The notes under the pieces are model-generated. The model searched no databases, had not been told where the DNA came from, and saw only the letters and a program-made list of their open reading frames with translations. The position numbers and the translations under genes were made by a program. From Thelocarpon superellum (taxonomy: Eukaryota), in assembly GCA_026025795.1 (NCBI GenBank), contig JAPEUG010000073.1:1-56236 (forward strand): a stretch of 56,236 nucleotides of DNA, written 5' to 3'. Below, in pieces: positions 24,580-39,442 of the stretch. Each line of letters starts with the position of its first letter. Position 1 is the stretch's first letter.

Positions 24580-25686
24580 CAGAAGTGATGGATACACTAT
24601 GTCAGTACTTCTCATGACTTAGCTCCGTAGCGGTACCCTGGAATATCCCGGCTGATGAATGCTCTAGCTTCCCGGGTGGATGAACTCGATGCCATCCGGG
24701 TACATGGCCTGATCAAGACATACGAAGCGCCGAATCGGCAACGCAGGACGACGAGTCAGAGTCCGAGGGAGGGGTTGGGCGGTGAAATCAAAGTGCCTGG
24801 ATGGCTTTCCGGCTATCGACAGGTCCTGCGACGAGCCGTGTACTGCCCCGTGCGAAGCGAATGTGGAGGGGTGTAATAAGGGAAAGTCATCCACCAAGGG
24901 AGCAAAGCGGATGTCACGTTTCCTGCCCATTGTCAGAAGCAACCGTCGGTCATACCTTACGGACAGTGTCACCGTCAAGCGGTAGGGGGTACCAGTAGCG
25001 TGCATCGAACGGTCAATCCCAGTTCAGAGGCATGGGGAAACGTAGGATGAACGACGGAGGTACGGATCGAACTTTTCGTGCGGTGTCTGATTGCCGGTCA
25101 AGACCCGGCATGTGCACGCGACGGGCGAGGTGGTGGCGTCAATCGAGGGCACGTCACAATCGCGCAGGCATGTGACGAGGCGGAGGGCGACGGCGGGTGG
25201 GTCGGGATCGTGTGGATCGCGTGGAGGGTTCTGCTTCCATTCTTTCACAGCTTCCACGTTATGCCTAGTGACCGGCACTAGAGACGAGGCAACAGCGGGC
25301 AAGGCCAGGGGAGGAGACCTCGATCGTCGGGGGTGGTGCGCGGCACTGATGGGACAGGCACGAGTTGGTCGGTAGAGATACCCAAAGCGCATGGTCCGAC
25401 CTTCCACTAAGCCGAAGGTTTCGTCGTCGCTTCGTCGATCCGCCGTTGCAACGGCCACCTCATGACCCCGACCCTGCCAGCGTGCGTCAGGACGTGCCAC
25501 GGCGTGCGGTCGCCCGCGGCCCCGCCGAGAGGCGCCGAGAGGCGGGGCTAACCGTTCCGGCGGGCCGGGCTGGATGGATGGATGGATCCCTGGACGAGAT
25601 ACAAAGCCCCCTCGCCCACCGGCTCTCTCACTCTTCGCCCGCGAGCCTCTTCTCTATCGCCCTTCATTCTCCCATCTATCGTGACG

Positions 25687-26727
25687 ATGGCGGACACGCA
25701 GCCCCCGCCGGTCCCGGCGCATGAGATTGCGGCCCAGCCAGCGGAGCTTCCGAAGCTACGGTCCAACTATGGCAAACATGTGGATTCGGCCTTTGTCGGC
25801 TGGATGCGCCCCACACCGGCCTCCACCTCCATGGACGAGATGCGTCGGTTGTACGAGACCGAGGGCTACGTGTGGGTGAAGAACCTTCTGCCGCGCGAAG
25901 ACGTGTACGACCTCCGAGAGCAGTAAGAGCAGGCCCAACCACGCTGTCGAAGAGCTCGACTAACCCTTTCCCCCAGCTACTTCGGCCGCATCGCCGCGAC
26001 GGGAATCCTCGCGCCCGGGTCGTCACCTCGGGACGGCATCTTCAACGCGGCGCACGATCCCCTGCTGCACCAGGGGCTGGGCGGCGAGCCGGAAGACTCG
26101 CAATGGGACCTTCTGGACGCGGCGCACACGACGCCCGAGTACCGGCAGTTTCTCGAGCACGCCACGCTGCGGCACTTCATCCGGGACTTCATGCGCTGGG
26201 ACAAGGAGGTGCTGATGAACCGGGCCATGCTGCGCCACAACGTGCCGCACAGCGTCAGCACGGGCATCCACTACGACCACATCTTCCTGCGCGCCGGCAA
26301 GGACGAGTTCCTGACGGCCTGGGTGCCCATTGGCGACTGTGCCGCCGTCGGCGGCGGCCTGATGTACATGGAGGACAGCACGGCGCTGGGCAGGGGCATC
26401 GAAGACGACTTCACGCGCCGCGCCGAGCACTTCACGGCCGAGGAGCGCGTCAGCGCCTTCAACGCCCACATGAACAAGTACGGCTTCCTCTCGCACGACG
26501 CCGAGGAGTTCCAGCAGAGCTACCACACCGGCAAGCTGCGCTGGCTCATCGCCGACTACGAGGCCGGCGACGTCGTCTTTCACAATCCCTGGATGATCCA
26601 CGGCGCCGCCAAGAACGAAGATCCCCTGGGTCGCATCCGGCTGGCCACCGATCTGCGCTTCTACCAAGAGGGCGCCGAAATGGATACGCGCTGGATGAAC
26701 GTCTGGCATCACAAAGACGGTCTGTAG
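25687..26727 (+). CDS. Phytanoyl-CoA dioxygenase (PhyH)-family Fe(II)/2-oxoglutarate oxygenase (2 exons)
   Basis: YETEGYVWVKNLL; HxD in GIHYD; AWVPIGD; AGDVVFH..IHGA..IRLATDLRF; intron 25923-25976. Confidence 0.9.
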
Positions 26728-27019
26728 ATGCGAGGAGCACGGCCTGGGCCCTGTTGGTGATGCGTCAAGTGCCATGGATCGGTCCTCTCCCTTCTGATTC
26801 GTTTCACGTCCGCTTAGATTTGGCCAGATATACGCAATTGAGATCCATAATGAATGAATTCTTGCCATCATTGACCAGTGACGACGATGACGGTGTGGAG
26901 GGCTTTCAGTGACGATGCTAAGAAACAGGGCCACGCAGGACATTCTGACAACAAGCGAGGGCGGTCCGAATGCGATCACGACAACGACAATAGGGGCACT
27001 CCGGGCATCGCCACGAGAC

Positions 27020-29423
27020 CTAGGCGGCGCTCTGAATGACCTCGCGAAGGACCTGGTACCCTTCCGAGAGCTTGGCGATGCGATCTTCAAGGAAGGCACG
27101 CTGGCGCTTGGACGATGGATTCTCCGAGGCGATGGCCTCGACTTCGGCGTCGGAGAGCTGGCTGACGGTGACGGGCGAGAAGATCGTCTCCAGCCCGCGC
27201 ACGATATGACGCTCGACGACCTGCGTGACGATGTTGGCGACGAACACTTTGAGCTGCACCTGTGATGGCGGGACTTCAGTCAGGTACTGTTGAGCGGGAG
27301 GCTGAGACGGCGAATAGGAGCTCTGATACCTTGTAGATCGCAAGGACACAGTCCAATGCCTCCTCACAGCTGTGCTTCACCATGTCGGGATCAATCTGTG
27401 CTGAATAGCTCTCGACCACTTTCTCGACATCGACCTTCTTTGGCTTCTTCTCTGGAGTTTGGCCGTCTTTGCCAGGTGTCCGCGTCGTCATGCGCTCGAG
27501 ACACGCAGTGAGGACTTGCTTCTCGCGAGTGTGACGCATTCTCTTGATCGTGTCGGTGTAGTAGTGATTGTGGTTGATCGGATAGCTCTTGAGATCCTCC
27601 ATGATCAGTCCCAGCTCCCGAGTGGATGCGTCATGGCTCCTCTTCAGCGCGTCGTGGATGTGTGTAGACTCCAGACGATCACACACATCCTGTGAGCACA
27701 TCTCCTTGAGCAATTTCCGGAGGAACTGGCCACAGACGTGATGGACGCTCTCGGTGTGGTAGAAGGCAAATTCACGCCAATTAGATGATTGTTCCCAGAA
27801 GAGTTCACCCACGACGAGTGGATTGAAGTTCCCACGGAGCTCACGCCCCCGGCTTCTAGCGAGTCCCCGGCCGACCCAGCTAAGCGCGTCATCGTACGAC
27901 ATGTGTACTGGGGAGGCTTCCGGTACTGATGAAGACGGATCGGCCTCCCATCCATTTCTGACATCATCGGGCTTCTGCGTCGCTTTATCCCCTTCCTTAT
28001 TGCCCTCGTCCTCCTCGTCGCCCTCGTCGTCCAAGTCGTCTTCGTCGGAGTCATCGTCCCCATCGTCTCCGTAGTCCTCGTTGCCCTCATCGCCCTCGTC
28101 CAGTTCGTATGTGGGGAAGATCTCAAACTTGTGGCCTGATCGTTCGAGGCCATCGGAGAATTTGTCGTTCATATCCTGTATCACTGCACGCAGCCGACGG
28201 ACGGTGGCTGGCGATGTGGGATCAAAACTGGCGTTGGTACCAGAATTGAAGTAGTGGCCTTGGTAGGTCCCGTCCACAGCGGCTTTGCACACCCCATGAA
28301 AATCGAGGCTGAGCTGTGTCAAGAACGCTTTGCATTGCGACGTCGTTGACCGCGAGCTACCCATAGCGCCTAGCTGACGGGTGCTCTCTGACAAGGCCAA
28401 TTCGAGATCCCCTCTTAGCCTGGGAAGTTCTTGCTTGACATGAGCAAACAACAATTGGCTGAGGCGAATTCTTAGGGTCTCGATGCCCATGCTTGCCGGA
28501 GGTAGGGTCTTGAAATTGGATTTCTGGAGCCAGGAGGCCTCCGCCGCGTTCCGTTCCAACAACGAGAACTCCGCTTCTTCGAACTTTCGATTCTTGACCA
28601 CGTGCCAGCCCAGCTTGAAGAAGACATCTTTATTCTGGGCCAGCTCGATGAAGGACTTTTCCAGGGCGGAGTCACCAACCAACCGGTCAGGCTTCGTGAT
28701 GACACCAAGCGTACGCTCACCCTCCGGATCGACGGCTCGGACCATGGTGAGGATAGGGGAATTGGCGTAATCGTGCGTACCAGGGACAACGGCGAGGCAG
28801 ATGGTGCGGGACTGCGAGATATAGTCGCGGGTGATCCTCGTCACGAGCTTGACATCGTTCTTCGTCGCCCCTTTAGTATCGGTCTGGATGATACCCGGTA
28901 GATCGACGACCGTCAGCTGCGGTCGCGATGGCCCCTCGATTTCGACACTGAGAACATCCCGAGCAAAGGCTCGGGCGCCTAGGGAAGTCTTCGAGGCATT
29001 GTCGATACCCATGACGATCTTTGCTTGGGCCATCACCGCGGGGAGCTGCTCGAAATTGGTGATGGTCTCGGCAAATGCACGGATGGACTCTTTTTCGTTC
29101 TTGGGTCGTGTCTCGTCAGGGATGACCTTGATCGTGATTGACTCGGATACCGCCCGACGTAAGATGATCTCGGTGGCAAATCTAGTGCACAAATTGTCGT
29201 CACGCGGAAATGGAATCTCCGTCAGAGCCTCGAGGACTGAGCTCTTCCCCGCGGATTGATCTCCACAGACCACGATCTGAGGAAGCGATAGGACGCTGTC
29301 GAGACCACACTTGCGAAGCCGGGAGACGATGTCGAGAACTTGTCGCTGTTCGTTGGTCTGAAGCGATTCAAGGGAGTCCGTGATGTCGAACTCTTCCTCC
29401 GGAGTACGATTATTATCAGTCAT
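27020..29423 (-). CDS. Mx-like dynamin-superfamily GTPase with C-terminal GED (2 exons)
   Basis: LPQIVVCGDQSAGKSSVLE (G1), CTRF (G2), DLPG (G3), TKPD (G4); GRELRGNFNP stalk motif; intron 27260-27329 joins IYK|VQLKVFVANI (GED). Confidence 0.92.
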
Positions 29424-30578
29424 GGAAGCTTCTGACCCGACAGAGTGTTAACGTATGATCAGCAGCAGAACATTTTCACATACCTTCCGGAGTGCCGAAG
29501 TCCTTCCCGGGCGAGGGTTCACAAATCACCATGATGCCTGTGCTTGGGAGGAAAGAATGCTGAACAGTTGTAGTAATGACTCAAGTATAGGGTCGAGAAT
29601 GCCGCGAGAAGTTGGAGCAGGGACAGAACGAGAGGGTAGTCGGGGCAGATAACGAAGAAGGGGCTTGTCGGTCGGTGGAGGAGCATAGAGGAGCCAGGAG
29701 GCTCTTCATACAGCAACGTTGAAACGTCGACAGCAGAGCAATGTGCTGCTCCGGACGAGACAAGGAGCTCACATTGGAGCGGCTAACATGCGGCTTACGG
29801 CTGGGCGGCTACTGTAACCTGCCGCCTCGCCTTCACCCACTGCCTGAGATTGGTAGTTTGATCGGATTTCTCAAAGCCCCAAAGCGCTGGCGGAAACTGC
29901 TCCTTGGAAAGAATAACGATTCCTGAGAAGAGAAGTCAGAGAAATCCTCGAAGCTTCCTGTCTGCTGCGCAGAAAAGGGTTGTAGAATGTATTGGTCATC
30001 TCGATTGCCCTGAATGTCTACGATGATGTGACACGGAAGGAGACGATCGAGTTAGAGAGCCGAGAAAACGCAGGACGGGAAGATGGCGCCGAGGTGGTGC
30101 ATGATGACCTGGCGTGGGCATCTTCAGATCTGGCTGATGCAGTCAGCCTTGCGTCGCTGAGCCTGCTCAGCGACGGTGGGTGGGCACCTCAGGCGCACAG
30201 GCGTATATTTGACAGCCTTCTCCAAAGATCGGGAGGGATGTTGCTTTTGTTGTGCGAGTAGTCGCGAGGCCACAAGCGACCCACTCATTATCCCCCAATA
30301 GCGCCGTACCCCCCCTCAATTCGAGAGGCCAAGGGTGGCAAACCGTCTGCGGGACAGGCGTCTGTTGGGGGCGGCAAGTCATCTGACTGACGCGACAAAC
30401 TCCGCGCGTTCCATCATGTCACGAGATCCTCCTACCCTAAAGCCGGAGACGGCAGTGACGCATTTGGAATGACGAACCTAGGTACTTCGTACATACTTAC
30501 CCCTCACCTTGGACTGAGGGAACAAGAATTGCTCCGATATTGACATGACCGACCACGCCACGGCTGCTGTTGAACAGC

Positions 30579-31834
30579 ATGCTGTTCGCAACCTCGATCC
30601 TGCTCGCCTGGATAGGGCTCGCCTGGGGCGTCCCGCCATCTCAAGTGCCCCTCGTCCATGATGTCTCTGGACGCAACATCTCCCTTGATCTCTTTGCCGA
30701 CCTCGAAGAACTGGCTCGTATCGTCGACATCTCATACTGTGTGGGGACGACGGGAATCCAGAAGCCATTCCAGTGTCGCAGCCGGTGTCAGGACTTTATC
30801 GGGTTCGAGTTGGTGACGGTGAGTGGTGATCACTTCAACAGCCCAGACAGCCGCTGATCAAGGACGTCTCCCAGACGTGGAATACAGGACCACTTCTCTC
30901 GGACTCCTGCGGCTACGTCGTGCTCTCGCACCCACCCTCTTCGCCTCGAATCATCCTGGCCTTCCGTGGCACGTATTCCATCACGAACACCGTCGTAGAC
31001 CTCTCGACCTTTCCTCAGGAATACGTGCCGTATCCCGTGAACGATGACGATGAGGAATCCAAGAACAACCCAAAGTCGCGCCCATCTCTGGACCCCCCCA
31101 CATGTACCAACTGCACGGTCCACTCCGGCTTCTTCACCTCGTGGAAGGTCACGCGAACTCTACTCCTCCCGATCCTCAAAGACCTCGTCCAGAAATACCC
31201 GACCTACCAGCTCACACTGGTGGGGCACTCGCTGGGCGGGGCGGTGGCAGCCCTTGCGGCGCTAGAGTTCCACCACCGCGGCTGGAACCCACAGATCACG
31301 ACGTTCGGCGAGCCACGGATCGGCAACGCAGCACTGGCGCAGTATCTGGATCATGCCTTTAGCCTGACGGACCTCGTCCAGGTGGAAGCGGACAGAAACG
31401 GTCTACCAGCCATGTATCGGCGCGTGACGCACGTCAACGATCCGGTACCGCTCCTGCCGCTCCGCGAGTGGAACTACAACATGCACGCCGGCGAGATCTA
31501 CATTTCCAAGGCGGACCTACCTCCGTCGCCAGCCGATCTCGAACACTGCGTCGGTGACGCCGATCCATCTTGCATCGGCGGCACCGAGACATCGACGAGC
31601 TGGATGGAGCGATTCCTCTCCAAGTCCGCAGACGCGTCCGGCGATGATGAGATGGCGGAGGGATCGGAGAGTTGGGCGTTGATTCCCGCGCGATTCAGAT
31701 TATGGCAGCTGTTTTTCTCGCATCGCGATTACTTTTGGCGTCTGGGACTGTGTGTTCCGGGTGGTGACCCCTTTCATTGGAGCCGGGGACAGGACGGAGC
31801 GGGGCGGGCGTCACCCGAGTCGTCTGGGCTGTAG
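30579..31834 (+). CDS. Secreted class-3 lipase (2 exons)
   Basis: Signal peptide; LEELARIVDISYC, ILAFRGTYS, VHSGF, GHSLGG nucleophile elbow, TFGEPRIGN, RVTHVNDPVPLLP, HRDYF; intron from 30819. Confidence 0.93.
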
Positions 31835-31863
31835 CTGTAGCTGTAGCTGTAGCTGTAACTGTA
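31828..31863. repeat. (GCTGTA)5 + ACTGTA hexanucleotide microsatellite overlapping the lipase stop codon
   Basis: Directly visible tandem repeat in the short convergent lipase/RIB4 intergenic region. Confidence 0.95.
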
Positions 31864-31957
31864 CCATAGCTGCGTATATCCATCTGTTTTCTGCACGTAT
31901 GTTACCTCGTCGGCCCTACGCACGCACTACGCATACAACACGAGAGCGACGAATCAG

Positions 31958-32837
<880 letters not shown>

Positions 32838-33219
32838 GTTGGAGATGGGATCGATCAGTACTTTGTCGCGGTAGAAAGGCCAGATGAGAGCAACAAAATG
32901 CCACTGATGGTGCACTGATGGTGTAATTGCTCTGCGGATACCGTGGATGTGAAATACGTCGAGGCAGCTGGCGGGGTCGCCGCAGGGGGGAAAGCTGTAG
33001 AGCTTCCAGCTAGTTACGGGACTGAAGCTTGACCATTCGTTACCGAGGCGATTGGATCTCTTACGTCAACCGGCGCTACACAGGGCCCACGAGGCACCAA
33101 AGCACCTTTGGCTCGTGTCACATTTCATGCAACACAACGAGAAAGGCAGATCATCGGCAGACTCAATTCAGATTTATGCCACCCTATCCCATCATACTTC
33201 CGCTTGTGTCAATACTCCT

Positions 33220-35580
<2,361 letters not shown>

Positions 35581-37928
35581 GGTGAACGAGCGAGAGCACA
35601 CAACAGGCGGTGAGCAGAGGGAGCGGGGTGGAGGGCCCAGACGTGAATAGGGCGATTGAGAGGGGTAGCCCGACGGCGTCAGACGAGGCGCTGGTGCAAG
35701 GCAGACAAACCCGGATTGGCGGCACAGCGAAGGGTAACAGGTTTGACCGGGATCAGCGCTCGCAGAGGAATGAGATGCTCGGGAGCGATGGAGCAGGAGG
35801 TGGAGAGCGAAGGTGGGAGGTGAGAGAGGAGCAAACGGGGAAATGTGTTGGGGGAGGAATCCGAAACGCGGGCCCAGCTAGAGCTTTATGGAGTTTGGAG
35901 ATAGGAGGAGGGCACGGATTAGTGTTGCCGCATCAATCCCCCAGTCACCCTGCACCATCCTGGCATCCTGGTCGGATAGGCTCGCCCACATGCACCAGCA
36001 CCAGCACCGGCGCCATACCCACGCGTCGGCCTCCGACGAGTGACTACCAGCACAGGTACGGCGTGTGGGGTCAATTCACGTCCTCCACTGGTCCACCAAC
36101 CGAGACGGCCAGCTAAGGTCGGCGACGTCAAGGGTGAGACAAGCATGGGCGACGGCAGTTCCAACCATTCGCAAGACCAGACGCATGACAAGGTTGCCGG
36201 CTGACCGGGGTGCCAGGGCTGGCCGAAACGCTACGACGCCGTTTCCGGACGCTCTGACGGGCTGATCCAGGCGGTCAGATCGACTGTCACGACGCGGTCT
36301 CTAACGTGCGCGGTCCAGCTCAAGGCCAACTTTGGGTGGTCATCCTGCAGAGGGATCTCCACGCCGCAGCCGATGACGCTCGGACGATCTACCATACGCT
36401 GCTGCGGCACCGCGCGCCAGGCTGCTCAGCCTTGCCGCAATTGGGGAGCCTGGCCCACAGGGTCCGCTTCGCTCGGAACTACTGGGTAAGGACCAGAGGG
36501 CTCGGCAGCCATGCGGGCGTTCTGCCTTCTACGTGCAGCTTAGCGAAGCGCGGCCATGGTCTTACTCTCCGGACAGCTCGATCACCAAACGGGCGTCGCG
36601 CATGGCCTCTCGCTCCTGTCCAGCTAACGCTGAGGCTGACGCGCCGCGTTGGGTAACGGGTGGGTCGATCGGTCATTATCGCTCGGTGCAACTTTGCCCC
36701 ACTTACCTATTGCGAAGGGAGAGGGTGGCGCCCGAGGCGAGTGTGGCAGGCAGAGCCTTGCGGGACCGGCGACGGCCAGAGATCCGGAACGTGCAGTCGA
36801 TAGTGCAGACGTTGCCGACCGTCGTCGGTTCCTGAATGTCTTGAATCTTTTTATAGCGCCGCGTATCCGTCATTGTGATCATCGTCTGTTCGGGCTGTGC
36901 AGCGCGACGAGTAGGTTTCTGGTCTACATCAATATCGACATCTCGTTACGAAAACTCCGGGTTTTGGTCTACGTATCGGAGCTGGCGCCGGGGCCGGCGC
37001 ATTCTTGCTACACGGCAACGAGGCTAGGGTAGGTGCCCGGTCAGTGCATCGACCGAGTGATCGATGGGTCGAAGCAATCCATGTGCTCGAATGTCAACAA
37101 TCAATACGCCGCTAAGGAACAACCCAGGCGCGGCCAAGAGCGAGCCAAGAGACAGCCAAGAGAGAACTGACCTGGTCGGGTGCGAGGGGTTGCTAGGTCG
37201 TACAAGGGAAGGCCGCACGATGGCAAAAGCCAACCGGATTGCTGCATCCCGCCAATGCCATGTCAGAAATCACATGTCGCAAAATGCACCACCGGGATCC
37301 TCTCCTTCACGCTCTGATCCAGCTTCTCAGGCTTGTGGCATGCACTGGGTCTTCCTCCAACCCGGTGCCTGGGAAGAGTTGTCCTGTCCCTTGTGCAGTG
37401 CCAAGGAGCTTGAGCTGTCAGTAGCCGAGAGCTTGTAGGGATCAGCACAAAAACGGTCGGATCATCTGCTACATTTTGCATTTACGAGAAATCTGAAGGT
37501 CCACCAAGCCATTGGGGAAGACGACCTCGTACAACCAGTGATAATTGGCAGTTGTTGATTGTGCAAGTGAATGAACCCTGACCGTCACCATCGTGAATCT
37601 CGCATGATCTCTGTCTTTCCCTTCTCTGTCCATGCTCTCGACTGTAAAGACCATTCAGGCCCACTTGGAGGCTGGAAGTGCGCCACCCACCCTGCCACGG
37701 CGAGGGGCATTTAAGAAACGCTTCCACTCCCACGTCGTCTGCCTCTCCGTCTTCCTCTTCCTCATCCCGTGCGCACTTTTTCGCTCTGCTGGATCTCGCA
37801 GGTCATTGGTGCAGAATCTCACCACGACCACCTGATCGACGGCGTGGAGAAGCATCAAGCTTTGAGCACCGAGCACCAGGCACCCAATACCAAGCATCAT
37901 CTCAAGCGTCAGTACCGCACGCATCGTC

Positions 37929-38782
37929 ATGGCTCCGACCATCATCCTGATCCGCCACGCGCAAGCCGAGCACAACGTTGATCATAAGTACCCCTCCGAG
38001 CGCGACTGGAGACCAAGGACACGAGGACGCGTCAACTAACATGATGACCATCTTACAAGACTACAGCATCCCTGACGCGCCCTTGACCGAGCTTGGCCTC
38101 GCCCAGTGCAAACAGCTACAGGAGGACCTCCGCCGTGATCTCCCGCTTGCCGACGAGATCGACCTGATCGTCGTCAGCCCTCTCCGCCGCACGCTGCAAA
38201 CCGCCCAAGGAGGACTCGGGTGGCTGATCGAGCGTGGCGTGCCGGTGGAACTGCATGCGGAGTGGCAAGGTAGGTCGAGTCTCAGCCTCATTCCTCCCCG
38301 ACCAAGACCTAAGACTCTCACACCCAGAGAACTCGGACAAACCATGCGACACGGGGACTGCAGTCGAGACCATCCAACCGCATTTCCCCACGCTCTCCTT
38401 CGCGACCGTGGACCCGGCCTTCCCCGCCAAGACCGGGCACTACACCTTCTCGCAGACGGCCATCCTGCACCGTGGCGAGACGTGCCGCGCCTGGCTCCGC
38501 GCGCGCCCGGAGAAGGTCATCGCCGTGGTCTCGCACTCGGGCTTCCTCCGCGTCGGCGTCTCCAACGCCGCCTATGCCAATGCCGACTATCGCGTCTTCG
38601 ACTTTGCCAAGGAAGACGACGTGGAGGCAGCGGCGGAAGCAAATCCCGGCAACCGCCTCATCGAATGGGAGCTCACGCGTGAGAAGGGCGGCGGACGTGG
38701 TCAGAGCCCCAAGGGTTGGTTCGGCCCTGAGAGCCAGCCGTGGCCCACGACGGACACTACGACCCACTTGGCCCCTGCGTCT

Positions 38783-38819
<37 letters not shown>

Positions 38820-38914
38820 CTGTTCCCACGGTGGAGCTCAACGGCGTAGCCCACGTGCCGGACGACGTCCCTAAGCAGACGGCGGAGGAGGTCACGCCCG
38901 AGGTTCCAAACTGA
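37929..38914 (+). CDS. Histidine phosphatase / phosphoglycerate-mutase-like protein (3 exons)
   Basis: ILIRHAQAEHN (RHG-type motif), DAPLTELG, VSPLRRTLQT, WQE..KPCDTG, VVSHSGFL. Intron 2 is 38270-38327; intron 1 is best modelled as AT-AC 37984-38056. Confidence 0.9.
38785..38820 (+). repeat. (GCCTGT)5-6 coding microsatellite encoding a PVPVPV tract
   Basis: Visible tandem repeat in the C-terminal tail of the phosphatase. Confidence 0.9.
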
Positions 38915-39442
38915 CTCCCCTCCCCCTCCTTCTCTGCACGCACGCGCCCGCACCTGCTTGAAAGCCCCGGAGACAAGCGCTTGGTGGACGCAACGGTCAT
39001 TCTCACAACATGCATGCAATGGGTTGGATGACGGATGGATACATGAGCACACAGAGATGGAAAAGGCACACCCCAAATACCAGCTAGATACAGATAAAGA
39101 TGAGACGGGACGGCTGCAGCGTAGGCAGCGAGATAATTAGATGCCTGCGTGGCTGCACTCCAAAAGAGTGCCACGACTCCGATCCCGACGAGGAATATGA
39201 ATCCCGTCAACCATCTTGTCCGCCTAGTCCATCCACTTTTTTGTAAAAAGTAGAAGTCGGCGTACGTATCATGTGGTCTCATGATCACGGAACGTTTGCC
39301 AGATTTCAATGTCTCTCGGCTCAGAATTAGATTGATGATTTAAGCCAGCTTTTTGATCAATTTGATTACCTCTTCTTCGTCTCCCTCTCCGCCATATTCG
39401 CTTCAGACCTTCCCTCGCACCCTCAGCAAGCTCTTCCGTCTC

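Noticed and set aside
35600..37990. Telomerase RNA ending at the ATAAGT site (2.3-kb intergenic region upstream)
   Set aside because: I found no TAACCCTAA-type template and no Sm site, and the bases just before ATAAGT encode the catalytic RH motif of the phosphatase.
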